Shown here piece by piece: positions 22,787-35,531 of a stretch of 64,000 nucleotides of DNA (positions within the stretch are counted from its first letter, which is position 1; every line of letters begins with the position of its first letter). Position numbers and translations under genes: made by a program. Origin of the DNA: Amoebophrya sp. A120 (lineage: Eukaryota > Protista > Dinoflagellata); the NCBI GenBank assembly GCA_905178155.1, contig CAJINV010000024.1, positions 286,515 through 350,514 on the forward strand. Direction: 5' to 3'. The notes below the pieces were generated by a model. The model did not search any database. It had not been told where the DNA came from and saw nothing but the letters and a program-made list of their open reading frames with translations.

Positions 22787-22813
22787 TTTTGGCTCAAGTC
22801 ATTTTGGCTCAAG
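22787..22813 (+). other. Tandem relic dinoflagellate spliced leader (DinoSL) 3' ends
   Basis: TTTTGGCTCAAG-T-CATTTTGGCTCAAG matches the 3' 12 and 14 nt of DCCGTAGCCATTTTGGCTCAAG; pyrimidine tract + AG at 22743-22770 upstream. Confidence 0.75.
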
Positions 22814-23810
22814 TCTGCGGATCCCGCAAACTCGCAGGCGCCTTGTTTTTTCCGCCTAGCCAGCGGGGTTGTCAGGGTGGGGGGGCGGACGCGACAGCGC
22901 CGTGGAGGTGTCGCACTTGTTCATCAGCACCACTGCGGAGTTTTTGGCGCGGCCGTGCGGTGGTTCCGGCGAAGTGATTGCTCTACCCGGAAGGAAGAAA
23001 GAAAAGTAGTTCTAAAAATTTAGCTTATGCGATCAACAGGCTCGAGAACTTGTCTCCGGAAGTCAAATTCAGCACGCCTTCCATTAAGTCCCCTAGAGTC
23101 TGGTCTGCTAATCCAGGCGGTAGCATTCATCTCGTGCTTGGCTTCTAAACAGGTTTTCTTGCCTATTGACGGTAGTCCGTCTAATAGATAGTCCCCAGTT
23201 CTAGGTGGCGCCGCTTGTGGCTGTCACGAGGTGATTCGCACCTCCCCGGAGTGAGAGAAGGTTCGTTGCCGGGCTTCAGTACCTTTCGTCTGGCCTGGGC
23301 TCCTGGTGCTGCGTTCACCGTTAGGAGTATAAGAATTAAGAACATAAGCCTAGCTGCACTGGCAGCCGACCTTACGCGCACCATCAGAAGTGCGGAACTG
23401 GCCGGCCTTTGTGGTGTCTCACCATCAGAAGTGCGAACTACGAGGGCCGGGGCGTGCCGCCTAAAGTCCTAAAAAGTCCCATCGCGCGATAGATAGATAG
23501 ATCTTTTCTTTCTTTTTTCTTTTCTCTTCTTTTCCTTTGTATTTCTCCTTGTCTTTGTCATCTTCTCATCCTCTTCTATTCAAATGAATATTTTCAATCA
23601 AACGAATATTTTTCGTGTTCTTTCTCTCCGAGCTCATAGTGTGGACAGATATTGAAACAAAGCTCGTCAGCAGTAGCGTACCCTGTGAGAGAACGACAAC
23701 ATGTGTCCTTGTTTATGAAAGAGCCCCAGCTAGGGGCCTGTGCTCAAACAATAGAGAGCAACTTTTCCTCACCTACCTACGCGCGCCAAGAAGACAAAAA
23801 TATCACCAAG

Positions 23811-25952
23811 ATGCCGCGTGCGAAGCGTTGGGTCGTGAAGAAAAAAGACAGCGAGGGAAATACCGTTGACACCGAGTCTCGTTTGCAAAATGAGGAGCTC
23901 CAGCACGTGCAAAACGCGAAGCACTTGTCGGAGCCGGACGCCACGGAGGAAACGGGTGCCAACAGTAGCGCATGGAACAGCAGCACCTCTCTCGCGGGAC
24001 GAGCATCGGCAACCCCTGCGGCAGACAACAAAGACACTGCGCAGAGGTCCCGGCTTATTTCTTCCTCGACCGCGCAGCAAGAACACGCACCAACCCAGAA
24101 AACACCTCCAAGTACTAGCGTCTTCGTGCCGCCTCCAAGATCCCAGTACTGCGGCCGACCGCCGGAGGCACCCAATTTCTTCGATTGCGTGGAAGAGGAG
24201 ACCATCAGAAACGAGACGGGCAACGAACAGTACACGATCGTACGGAAGGTTGGCCGCGGCAGTTTCGGCGTCGTGGCACTTTGTAGTTCCGTAAGAACTA
24301 CGTCTACGTTTCCCCACATCGCTGCGTCTTCAGCTCAACAGGCTGGAGGTGGCACGTCCACAAAAATAGACCCAAATGGCGGAGGCGGAGTGCAGTCGCT
24401 TTATGCCGTGAAAATTCTCCGGCCGCTGCAGAAATACAACCAGTATGTGAACGATGCGGAAGTGGAAATCGCGAACCTGCGGTTATTTTCAACCAAACTC
24501 CACCCCGCCGACGATACAGTTAATCATGAAGAGCGACAACACTACGTGGTCACGCTGTTCTCTGATTTCACCTTCCAACACGGGTGCACCACAAACGGCA
24601 AATTGTACCACGCGCTGGTCTGCGAGGCGCTGGACTGCACGCTGCACGAATTTGTGGTTGAGAAAAATGGCGGATTTGGGCTCTGGCTGGAGGACATCCG
24701 GGTTTACGCCAAGCAGCTGTTCCAGACCGCCGCGTTTCTGCATGACAAACTGGGGGCCTGTCACACGGACTTCAAACACAAAAACATCATGTTGACGTTC
24801 CCACCTAGGGTTCTTGGCGGCGCAGGAGCATCATCTTCGGGCGCACCAACGGAGCGTTCCTGTTTTTCCGAAGACTCCTTGGACCACGACGCAAATCTTT
24901 ACCGTGTCGTGGACCTCACAGTAGCAGATGAAAAGAAGAACAAAGGATCCACTCCTGCTCTCGCGGCCAACCGTCAAGCCCTCGATCTGCTTCCTGCCCA
25001 CATTCGGGAAAAGTACGATAGAAAAGCGATTCCTAGTCGCGGCGGGAAGGCTACGCCAGCAAAAATTCTTCGCCCACGTACGCGGGAAATCCGTGTGATT
25101 GACTTCGGGAACATGACCCTGCGCCGAGATTTTGGGAAGGTGAAGCCGGTGAACACGAGACAGTTTCGGGCTCCGGAGATTCTGCTTATGAAGGAGAATT
25201 GGTGTGAGGCACTTGTGCTGTAGTTTCGCATGCCGCATCGACTTGCACTTAGTGAGGCAATGCAGTGTTTTGCATGTTATGCGTTTTCTTCTTGCGCCGG
25301 ATAAAGCTTAAAGATAAAGAACTTGATGTATCATTTTACGAAAGACAAAGAGCTCGATGCTGCGCGTGCTTGCAGTAAAGGTTTTAATAAACGGTCTCTA
25401 CTTTGTTCCTGTTGTTACAGCACCCCTATCTCTCGTTCCATAGGACTCGATTGCCAGCCTTGGGATGAGAAGTCGGACATCTGGTGCCTCGGCTGCGTGC
25501 TGCTGTTCCTGTACTTTGGGGAGCTGTGCTTCGACTCCCATGACGACCTTGAGCAGCTCCACATGATGCAGCGTCTCTTCGGTGACGAGCGAACCGGCGC
25601 AGGAAGCCGAAATGGAAAAACTACCGGCGCCGGCAACACTTTCGAGTTTGCACTCTGCTCTAGCGGTGGTGCGAATACTCCTAGTAGCAGCAACGCCACG
25701 TCAGCGAAAAAGGCCAAGCGACTGCTGGCTGCCAGCAGTTCTTTACCAGATACAGCAACCACTCCGGCTGTTCGCGTCCGGCCACTAAAGTGGGAGCTCG
25801 AGCACTGGAAGCTCCGGTCTGCGGAAGAGATTTTTGACAGCGAATTTCGTGATTTTCTACAGTTCTTGATGGTCTTTGACCCCGCGAAGAGACCGTCTGC
25901 TGCCGAAGTACTGCGGCATCCGTGGTTGGCGGAGACTAAAAGTGGCACGTAG
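23811..25952 (+). CDS. CMGC Ser/Thr kinase, CLK/LAMMER-like; one GT-AG intron ~25202-25420
   Basis: GRGSFGVV, YAVKIL, HTDFKHKNIML, VIDFGN, NTRQFRAPE, SDIWCLGC, EQLHMMQRLFG (LAMMER-like), DPAKRPSAAEVLRHPW. Confidence 0.85.
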
Positions 25953-27913
25953 CGGGCGCAAGGCAGGACATGGGTGATAAGAATAGTACTACGATGCACC
26001 GGACTACTAGGAACAAAACTACGGAGCAGTTTTGGGGAACGGTTTTTGCAATCACGGAGGAATTGCAACAAATACTTGTTTTTACTTGGACCATTTTCCC
26101 GGAACTGTTTGTCTGGTACTGATTTCCTAGAATGCTTGACGCTCTCCCGCCACGTGGCACTTTCGAATGGTGATGTGGGCTAGATGGATTTGGTGCTCTA
26201 GCTGCGCCAAAAGAATAAAGCTGAAACAGAAAGAACTAGTCGTTTTGATGCGGGTATGACCACGATGAGTCTACTGTATACGAGTTTGAACGTCGTGCTG
26301 CGTAGTAGGTCTTTCTGATGTTGTTCATCATCGAGGATGGTTTACGGCGAACCTCTGAAGGGGATGCGAGGATGCCATATGCATCCATTGAGCGTGACGA
26401 GCGCTGCAGTACCACGAAGTGGTGTCAGACCCCGAGCGAGGAAGCAGTAGTGATATAACGGAGTAGAGATGATGAAAGCACTGACGCTCGCTTACGAGCC
26501 AGATGCTCATGTTTTTAAGTAATTCGCGAGCCACAGACACAGTTGCGTATGGGTACTGGTACATCGTCCGTGCTTAGAATGAGGGAACTGCATCATAGTA
26601 GATGTGATACTACCATGGCCATGGCTGCTCCCTCCATTGGTGCTCTGCAAGGCGCCAGCAGCTCGAGCGCCCTCTGCTTTGCGTGGCCGAGTAGCGCGGT
26701 TTGCTGATGATTTCGACGCCCGCAGCGTCCAGCGGCCTCGCGTCGCCAATGATGCCCTGCTGCAACAAATGCAAGTGGGGCCTGTCACGGGTGTCGCGGT
26801 AAGGGCGGGCAGAAGCGTAGCGACAAACGAAGAACATGCGGGCGCCGTCCTGAGCGTTGAGCTGCACGCGCGACGCGTGTGGCAAATATCAGCAACAGAG
26901 GCCACCCGGCAAGACCGAAAGGCCCGGCGCCGCAGGCACTTGGCTTTGCGCCCGCCGCTGGCTGGCTGAATCGGCGGCGCGCGTTTTTCGGCGCAATCGC
27001 TCGCGTTCTTCGCCCCGGCCTTTTTAAGACGCCCCGGCCGACCTTTTTAAGACGCGGCCCCTGTGGTGCGCGCAGCCAGCGCTGGCCTCGGTGCCTGGCT
27101 GGCGCAGGTGGGCGGAGATAGATTGCTGCAGCCGGCGCCGTGCAAGTGGCCGCCCGTCTTTCCTATTTCGCTGGCCTGCGTGTCTCGGAAGGCCCGGCGG
27201 CCGGGCTCCAGACATCGCTACTTACAGATATTTGAATTTTAATTTCGTATGTAATGAGATGACAGTACCATGTTCCAAGCGGCTTGCTGACCATCAGATC
27301 ACCCGGCGCTGCCTGAAGAGAATGTTCCCGAGTGCAGCGCCGATGTGTGGACTCATTTAGCTGCGGCGGAGGAGAGGGAAATCTTTCGAGCTATACAAAC
27401 AAAGCACTAAACATGCTGGACTGCCAGCACTTGACGGAGGCGATCACGCATTTAGCTTCCGAGAGTGCGTAAGTATAGCAGTGCGATGAAGTGTCAGACA
27501 GACGACGAGGGAACGTGCAGAGGAGTAAAATGAGTGAGCGCACCAGTTTAAGTCACTGACCTTCATGCACGAACGCAACATGAGCGAGCGCCACAAGAAC
27601 ACGGGCGCGACGACTATTGTGAGTGTGCAAGTTTTGTTGGTTTTCCTGTAGTCAGTACGCGGCGGCCAAATCATATGAACGCTACCAAGATGACTCGGAG
27701 CCCCCCCCCGCACTGGGCGGCTCGCCCTTCGGCGCCGCGCCTGCGGGCCGGGAAACTTGAGTTGCGTTTCGTCTTTGAATCTGAATAAACAGCCACAAGG
27801 CTTTCCGCGCATAAAAGGGAAACGCGGCTACAGGTGATAGACGAACCGCAGCGCTCCTGCGTGCGCTATAAGCGCGAGAGAAAAGACCTCCAGTATCAAT
27901 CGGGATGCAGTTT

Positions 27914-28125
27914 CTTCCGCGCAAAAGCTAGAGCGGCGAGGGCATAAAAGAACAGGCAGGGCGCAGGGGGGCCAGCTTTAGAGTGGGCGCGCGTGCGCCG
28001 CGCCGCTTTTCCCTCTGGCCCAGCTGTGCCGGTTTGCGCAGCTTCTTCCGCGCAAAAGCTAGGACGGCGAAAGCATGGAAGAACAGGCAGGGCGCAAGGG
28101 GGCCAGCTTTGGAGTACGCGCGCAC
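27914..28125. repeat. Imperfect ~75-nt direct repeat in GC-rich non-coding block
   Basis: CTTCCGCGCAAAAGCTAG...AAGAACAGGCAGGGCGCA.GGGGCCAGCTTT at ~27914 and ~28045. Confidence 0.7.
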
Positions 28126-29013
28126 GCGGGGCGCCAGCTTTCCCCCCTGCGCACGCGCCGGCCCGACCTTCGGCGCCGCGCGTGCGCGACGCCGGGAAAC
28201 AACTTGAGGCGCCAGCCACCGCCGCTGCCCAACGATCTTGCCGGCTGGCCGGCAGAACGCCGGGCGGCGCAATGGGGCGCAGGCAGAAAAACGACTTCGT
28301 GCGGAGACGCTGCGAGCAAAGAAGAGGAGGACTAGTTTTCATTCAATCAACATTTCTCGCTTACGCTGTTTGTGTTGTCGCGGATTACTTCAGACGGTGC
28401 TCCAGTCAGCATAAAGCGCACTAAATTTTTGACAAGAGAATAAAGGTCTTCCTCATGTGCAACAGCAGATTATAGATTTTGTTTCGCGCAAGCTCGGGCG
28501 CGCGGTAGTCTGAATGATCTCTAGGCTTTGTTGAAGGTCATTTGTCTATGCAACGACAAGAACTACACACGGTCCATCTTATCAAGATTTGATCACACAA
28601 CCGCCTGCAACTCACCAGAAACACCACAACGGATCATCTTGTGCTATGGATCCTTAGCAGTACACGCCAGTCAACGTGAATTTTTACACACACTCCAGGC
28701 ACAGCTAGCTTGAAAGGTCGTATTTTTGAACTTTTACTCAACAAAATATATCGCGAACATCGACATAGATCATCATTTTCATTGAAGAATGAAAATCAAT
28801 TTTTTGTTGTAAAATTTTTGTTGTAAAATTATAAAAGTGGATCGTTTTTTTTCAACTTTTGTCGGACTACTACGAACACCTCCGATACGGTTTGCTATAC
28901 GAACTTGCGAACAAACGACTTTTGATGGTAGAAGGAAAAAGAGAAAGATAAAGGACTGCACCTCCACCACCCGCCACGCCTGACAATAACGCACACAGAA
29001 ACAAGTCTAAACC

Positions 29014-32000
29014 ATGACAACTCCGCGTTCGACGACTGAAATCTTCCGGTCAGCTCCCAGCGGAGCCTGCCAAGTGTTGGTCAGGACGCTATTTTGTCTT
29101 TCCGCTGCCGCGACGACTTCCTACAACTACTCCGGCGTTGAGCACAATGCTCCGGAGACAACCTTTTTCATCCCAGCCGCTTTTGCCTTGGCCCGAGCAG
29201 CCGCAGCGCCGACGTCCACCCAAGCAGGTCCTTTGGATGCAGCCGCTGGTGCAGGAGACGATGTCTCTGGCGCAGCCACCGAAACCGACTCCGCCCCACC
29301 TCCGCGCCATCTCCTTGTGGACCCCGCTGCGCCCGCCCGTCTCGTGGCTGCGGAAGGGATAAAACTTCCATCTCCCAGCAGAGGACGCAGTGGGAAGACC
29401 AAGGCATCCTCTCGCCGCGGCGGCCTTTTGCGCATCCCGAGTCCCCAGCGGAAGGAGATGGACACGGAGTTTTGGACGCGCGATCTCTCGCCAGTTTTTG
29501 GCGTTCGCGAAGGTTTGGAGCGCCGCGTTCCGGAGTTCATTTTAGTACACAGAAATGAGAAGCCAGATGACCGGTTGAGTGAAGCTGGTGCCCCTGTTAA
29601 TAGCCTGGCTTTGGAACAAGGGGATGATGGTGTTTTTGCGACAGGAGCGTCTGCATCAAATTCCGGATCATCCTCCTCGAGCGCTGCACCAATGGCATCA
29701 TCCTCGGGGTGGAGCAGCGGGGCTGTGGGGAGACAGGAATTTTTTCCCGACTTCGCGCTTGACAAGACCAGAAGCGATGACTCATCTTTAGCACAGCCTT
29801 CCTCCCCATTCTCGCTCGCGGCAGCGCTGGGTGCCGACCGTCCTAGTAGAAGTTCCTGGGACGAGCGGGCTTCTGCGTCGGGTCTGCAGCAGAACTTTTG
29901 GGAAGATGAACAGGGGGCAACAACAAAATCGGACGAAGCAGCGCTCTCCTTTCAGCAGAAGCAGAAGGGATTGCGCGATAGTAGATACGAGATACTGGTC
30001 CCTGATTCTGCGGAAAATAATGACAAGCAAAAGTCCATTGTATTGTCGTGAAAAAAACCGCTGCGTGCCAGTACGTGCAGAATACAACCCTGTTTGTGAT
30101 GCGTTACTTGCTATGTACAACTCGATCTTGAATGATTAATTCCATATTGTCACCAATTTCAGCACGAGGCATGATCTTCGATTGAGGCACACGGACCTGA
30201 CGCTCATGGTATTTTTGGGTACAACCACACGGCAGTAGAGGTTTTTTTCTCACCTGGATACACCGTGGAGGAGTTTTACGCAACTGTTGAGCAGACAGAG
30301 GACGCCCGGTCAAAGCTGCAGGAAAAAAAGCCGAAAATCTTCAAGGCGCCAAAGGATCCATCACAAGGAAGCAGCACATCATCTGCTTCTGCAGCCGCTG
30401 GCGCGCCCGTCGTCCCGCTGTCACCGCTGTCCGTGCAGGACCTTGCAGCCAGCGGTTTTCCGGTTATGCCACTGACCCCGAGCGCGGCATTGCAGACACC
30501 AGGTCGTGCAGCAGTGACCTCCGCTGGGCCTCCGGATCTTCCGCCACAGTCTGGGTCTAGTGCGTCCGGCAAGTTAAACCTCCCCCCGGGGACCTTCGTG
30601 GCGCAGCCAAAGCAGCTGTCTCGTCGCGAGCGTGCAGCGGCGGCGAGAAGGGACCAAACACTTTCACCTACTGTAGGCCCGACGGGGGCGGGGACGACGA
30701 CGCAAGCTTTTACAACTCCACCAGGTACTAGTTCTTACGCAATGTTGGCTTACCTGGCTGTGCCGTCTAACGCCTGCGCAGCTGGTGAACAGCAGAGCCG
30801 CTGCTCGGGTGCTGGTTTTTCTGCTCCGTGCACTATCCCACCGCAATTCATCTCCGGAGCCGCGCCACTCGCGTCTACTTCCGCTGGTCTACAACTCCCC
30901 GCAATCCGGATACAAACAGATCCGCATACGGGACAGCCGCAGTTACCGACCTATCACGAGCTCGGACTCGTAACGGCGGGCAGTCCGTTAGCGGGTGTGC
31001 CTGTGCGGGCAGTGCTGCTTCCGGCGGGGGGAAGCTGCAATCAAGCACCGATGTTCTTCGGTCGTGCAACTGCGGAAGCTCCGAATGGCGGTTTTTTTTA
31101 CCCCGGAAATCCTGTTGCATCTCGTCCGCAGGGCGAGGATCTTTTCGCTTCTCGCGCACAGGAAGCCTCGTCCCGTGCAGAAGAGGACGTAACAGGACTT
31201 GTTCCAGATGATGGTAAAAGCCGCCGAGAACTACGTGGTGACTCGGCAGACTCACCCACTCACAACAGTGGGTCGGCAGCCTCCTCTGCTTACCAATCAG
31301 CCTTGGACCAATCAGCTACGACAGGAGGAACTGCTGGCGACGAAGATACATCTTCCTACCTCGGAGTTCAACATCCTGCAAATCCTTTTCCCCCCCCGTT
31401 CCAGCACGGAAACTGCCCGTCCGTACCGCAGCCGCAGTGTTTTGCCGGCCTTATTTCACCGCAACCAGGGTCCTTGCCGGGTATGGTAGACGGGGACTTT
31501 TCCCCTGTATTCGCAGTAGGACAAAATCAGAGGCACGGAGAGCCATACGACAGTTCTGCGGCTTCAACCTCTCCGTCGGCCTTCGCGTCACCAATGTCTT
31601 TTTTTCCGCAGCAGGCGACAGACTGCTACCCACCCGGCTTCTTCCACCCTGTCTCGCCCGTCGCGGGAGGTAAGGGCAAAGGAGGAAAAGCAGGCATCGA
31701 ACCCGGCAAAGCGCATAACACAGCACGGAGCCTCCTGGCAAAAGGAGGTGGGAACAAGGGAAATAGTTTTGCGACTGGAGCAGGTGGGAAGGGAAGTGCC
31801 ATGGCGGATGGCGACCACAATGCCCGCCTTGGCGCTGCAGATCATTGCGTTTCAAATTCAGTTTCCTTCCCCGCCCACCCGCCTTGGCAGCTGATCCTGA
31901 AGCATTACTACCAGCAGACGACGAACCAACAGCAGGGGTCCTCGCCAGTTGGTTTCTATCATGACCCATCGCGCAAACACATCTACCCAGCGCAGTACCC

Positions 32001-33589
32001 GAAACGACTGACGAAAGAGTGGCGCCTTCCGGACGGCAGTTTCTTGGAATACGTTTTCTCGGGCGAGAAAATTTTTATCGGAGGCCTGCGAGACACCGTG
32101 GTGGCAAAACTGTCCGAGAAGCTGCTTCAGGAAGTGATTCTTGGAAGGAGTATTCGAAAGAAAGTACAGGGAGATCTTCAGACCGACTTCCAAGCCCCCG
32201 GCCACAACATGAAAGAACGACTGCGCCGGGCGCTCAGCATGCACGTTCACGGCGCAATTCGCGACCTGTGGCGACCCGCGTCTGCGCTCGCGTGGCAAAA
32301 ACCACGTGGGGCTGACCCGTTAAAAACGACAAGGCAGGGTGGTTTGTCGCCGGCGCTTTTGCAGGCGCTACAGCAGGCCGTGGTCAGTGCCGTCAAGGAG
32401 TACAACTTGGTCGAGGAAAAACGAGAGGGAGGGCATTTATTTCCAGTGCAAGACCTCCTTCTAGGCGCGAGCCTTGTCGACACCACCGCCACCACCGCAC
32501 TGGTAGAGCTCGCCAAGGAAATAGCCGGCCTGCTACACGACCACTTGATTGTGCACTTACCGGCCCACGTGGCAGAAAACGGTCTCTGGGTGAACACGGA
32601 AGCCTTCGCGCCGCAGCTGCTGTATCCTATGTAAAAACGTCCGCACCCCATATTTGCCATGCAGATTTGCAGTCACAGACGGATTTGTAATAGTAATACG
32701 CAACCCCATCATGAGATACATTTCCCATCGCAGTTTGGACATTGTAATGCTTTAAACAGGATGAGTAGACGGCTTCGTGATCCACGGCTGCACTTGCTAA
32801 ACCGCACTACAATACAGAGAGGAACTTGTCATGCGTGACTCCCAAAACTTCTCGACTTGTGTTGCGAGATCCCCATCTTGACTCTGGGGTGGGGACGTTT
32901 TTACATAGGATATTCTGCGGGGGTTCATTTACGCCGAAATCTACTTAGTACACCCTTGGTCGGTTTCTAAGTTGAAAGAAGTTTTTGCTTCTTCATCTTC
33001 ATTTCGCAGCGGGAGCAAGAAGACCTCGACGTCCGCGGGAGCTGGTGCAACTGGAGCAGAACTTGGAGCGTCCTCTTCTTCTTCCTCCCACGAGAGGCCG
33101 GGTAGTACTTCATCCGGAGCAAGTCCAGCTTGTCCTCCAACCCTTGACAGCCCCGAGGATCATCTTCACACGGAACGAGAAGAAACCGCTGCTGCGTTGG
33201 TGGAGCTCGCCAAGCGCGTGGAAACTTTCGGTAGCCGTCTAACCGCTGCGATGGAGCAACACTACCAGGAATTGGACAAGATGGAAGCTGGGTCTGCTGT
33301 GGACTACGACCGTCGCGATAGAAGCATTAACACAAGTAAAATATTACAGCACCGACACAAGTGCAACATCAGCCTTCCGTGTTTCACCGATGCGCGCGTC
33401 AAGGCCTGGAAACGGTGGGCGGAGGAGAAACTCAACGGCAAGTATTGGGATTCTATAACCAGTTGCGAAGCCACATTGAATTGGTATCGAAGTGTGGACT
33501 CCCTGGCCTTCTTGGTGCTGCGGTGGAAGGAAAAATACGGCTACGTGCCGGACTTTCGCGTGGTGAAAGATGATAACAACTGGAAGTGA
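29014..33589 (+). CDS. Large low-complexity protein with possible split RRM-like motifs; 2 introner introns
   Basis: ORFs 29014..30051, 30265..32634 and 32972..33589 join in frame after +5 removal; KIFIGGL (RNP2-like) and RGFIYAEI (RNP1-like). Confidence 0.75.
30041..30260. mobile_element. Introner family B-like (diverged)
   Basis: TATTGTCGTGAAAAAAACC...GGTTTTTTTCTCACCTGGATA; flanks CATTG/CACCG. Confidence 0.8.
32623..32912. mobile_element. Introner family B
   Basis: TATCCTATGTAAAAACGTCC...GGACGTTTTTACATAGGATA; flanks TGCTG/TTCTG. Confidence 0.9.
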
Positions 33590-35531
33590 AGATGATTTTT
33601 TTACCTCGGTTGCTAGAGCCTGTGGGCGAGGAGGGGCTAGCTCTAGCAACTGCTATAAAGTGATTGACTAATGGTAATGGTTGTATATTGCAAGCAAGCA
33701 ACCAGGACTGCGAGTGAATGACAGAATTAAGTATATGCAAAGCAAAAAAAGCCCTTATTACATCGTTAGAAACCTTCGTACTACAACCGGGAGTGCACCT
33801 CAGTGAGGACAGAGACAAGAATACAGGATTTAAACTTCGATCATTGGGAAACACAGGAAGGAAGAACTTGGATGAGCAAATAAATTTTGTGATTTCATCT
33901 GGGTACAAGTTGTCGCAAAAATGGCAAGATCATGACTGTATCGAAAATGCAAATTTGTTTTGTCTGGTGAAGACTTCTGAGCCAGGATTATTCTGGTGAT
34001 TTCTGAGCCAGATTCAAAAATTAAAATCTGCTTCAATCGGAGGCACACTGCGCTTCTACCCTAAAAGGGTCGCGGTGCAGCATTCAAACGATGTCGTTGA
34101 TGTCGTTTGTTACGTGTTCACAGTACTTCTGCAAAAAGTTGCTGCTCATTTTTGAGAGAGGGTCTACTTTTGTGTTGCGAGCTGTGTATTAACAAAAACG
34201 TGCGCTGAGGAGATGTTTATGAGTCGCAGGGAGCAGTGGCACTGCTTTTCCGATGACCGCCGTTGAGACGTACAGCCTTTTTGGTAGTATAACGAGGGAG
34301 CAAAAGGAGAAGCGCAACGCGTCCATGGAGCGCTGAGAGCGTCGTGGGAGCAGGGGAAAGTAAACAATATGAAGTAGAAGTGGTAATATCTAGCATGAAT
34401 TTTTGGAAATCAAGTCGGATAGATTCAGTTTCTTGCCCCGGCTTGCCGTTGTCGCAGGCTTTGATGCCAGAGGTCGCATCTCGCATTACGATGTGGTGGC
34501 GGGACGGAGCACCTCTTGCGACGCATCCCGCGTTCGGCGTGTCCAAGCGGTGCAGCAGGTGATCCAGAACTGGCGCCAGGGGTTCGCGCCGGAATTCCGT
34601 TTGCAGTACCATCGGCCTCTGCGAAGAGAGCCGGCTGTCGCAGGGGCGACGGGAGCTGCTCAAGTGCCTGCGGGAGATTGCTGCGTCTTAGTTCCCAGAG
34701 GGATTGGGCCGCCATGCGCGGCAGGTGGTGCACAACTGCCGCCGGGGGTGTGTGCGGAACGGGCGCCACGGGTGTGCCCAGGCTGCGAGAGGGCCGCGGC
34801 GCGGCTCGGCAGTTACCACGATGCCGGGTCGCGCTGCTCCGCGCGATTGCCCGGCGTGGGTGATGGATGCCCTCACCCCGCCCGCTCTGGAACCACGCGC
34901 CGGCCCGCATCGGGCTGGTGGGGGCATGCCCAGGTTTTCGCCGGCCAATCCGGCTTTCGGGATGCGGTTCTCCCCCGCGTCCAATCCGTCCCGCTGGCGG
35001 GGTGCTATGGCGGCCGCGGGGCATTGAGATTTTCACGGCGCCGCGCCCCCGTGCTGCCCTGCTGCTGTAGCGCCGTTCGTGTGTGCGTCTCGGTCCTCGG
35101 GCATTGCTCTGCTGCGAACCGGAAGACCTTTGTCCTGCGGCTGCGATTCCTTGTGCGGACGATAGTAACCGGACAGCAATTTTTCCGCCTTCTGCGACAA
35201 GACTGCCTTAGATGATTTCGTTTTCCCTGAGAGCGAGGCGCGAGTTCTTGTGTGCGAGGACTTCAAAAACGAGCGAGGAGCAGGCTTCATTGAGTTGCTG
35301 CTGAACGAGTGAAATTGCTTGCGAGCGTGAGATTGTTGGTGAGCGTGAGATTGCTGGTGAGCGTTTACTTACATGTTGCTGGGAACATGCAAAATGCAAA
35401 TGTGAATGATGAAAGGGAGGAATTTGAGCCCGCGGCGGGTGTGTTGCGCGGACAGTGTCTAATAAAACTGTACTAGCTGTTTTTGTCCTCGACCTCCTGC
35501 TCAACGATCCGCTCGCGTGCCAACATTCATC

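Noticed and set aside
19987-22977. Long Arg/Ala-rich ORFs on both strands
   Set aside because: By-product of the stop-poor GC-rich satellite
26300-28400. GC-rich ORFs here and at 34200-35200 and 47800-49700 as genes or an autonomous transposase
   Set aside because: Overlapping ORFs in all frames with no DDE, RT or recombinase motif recognisable
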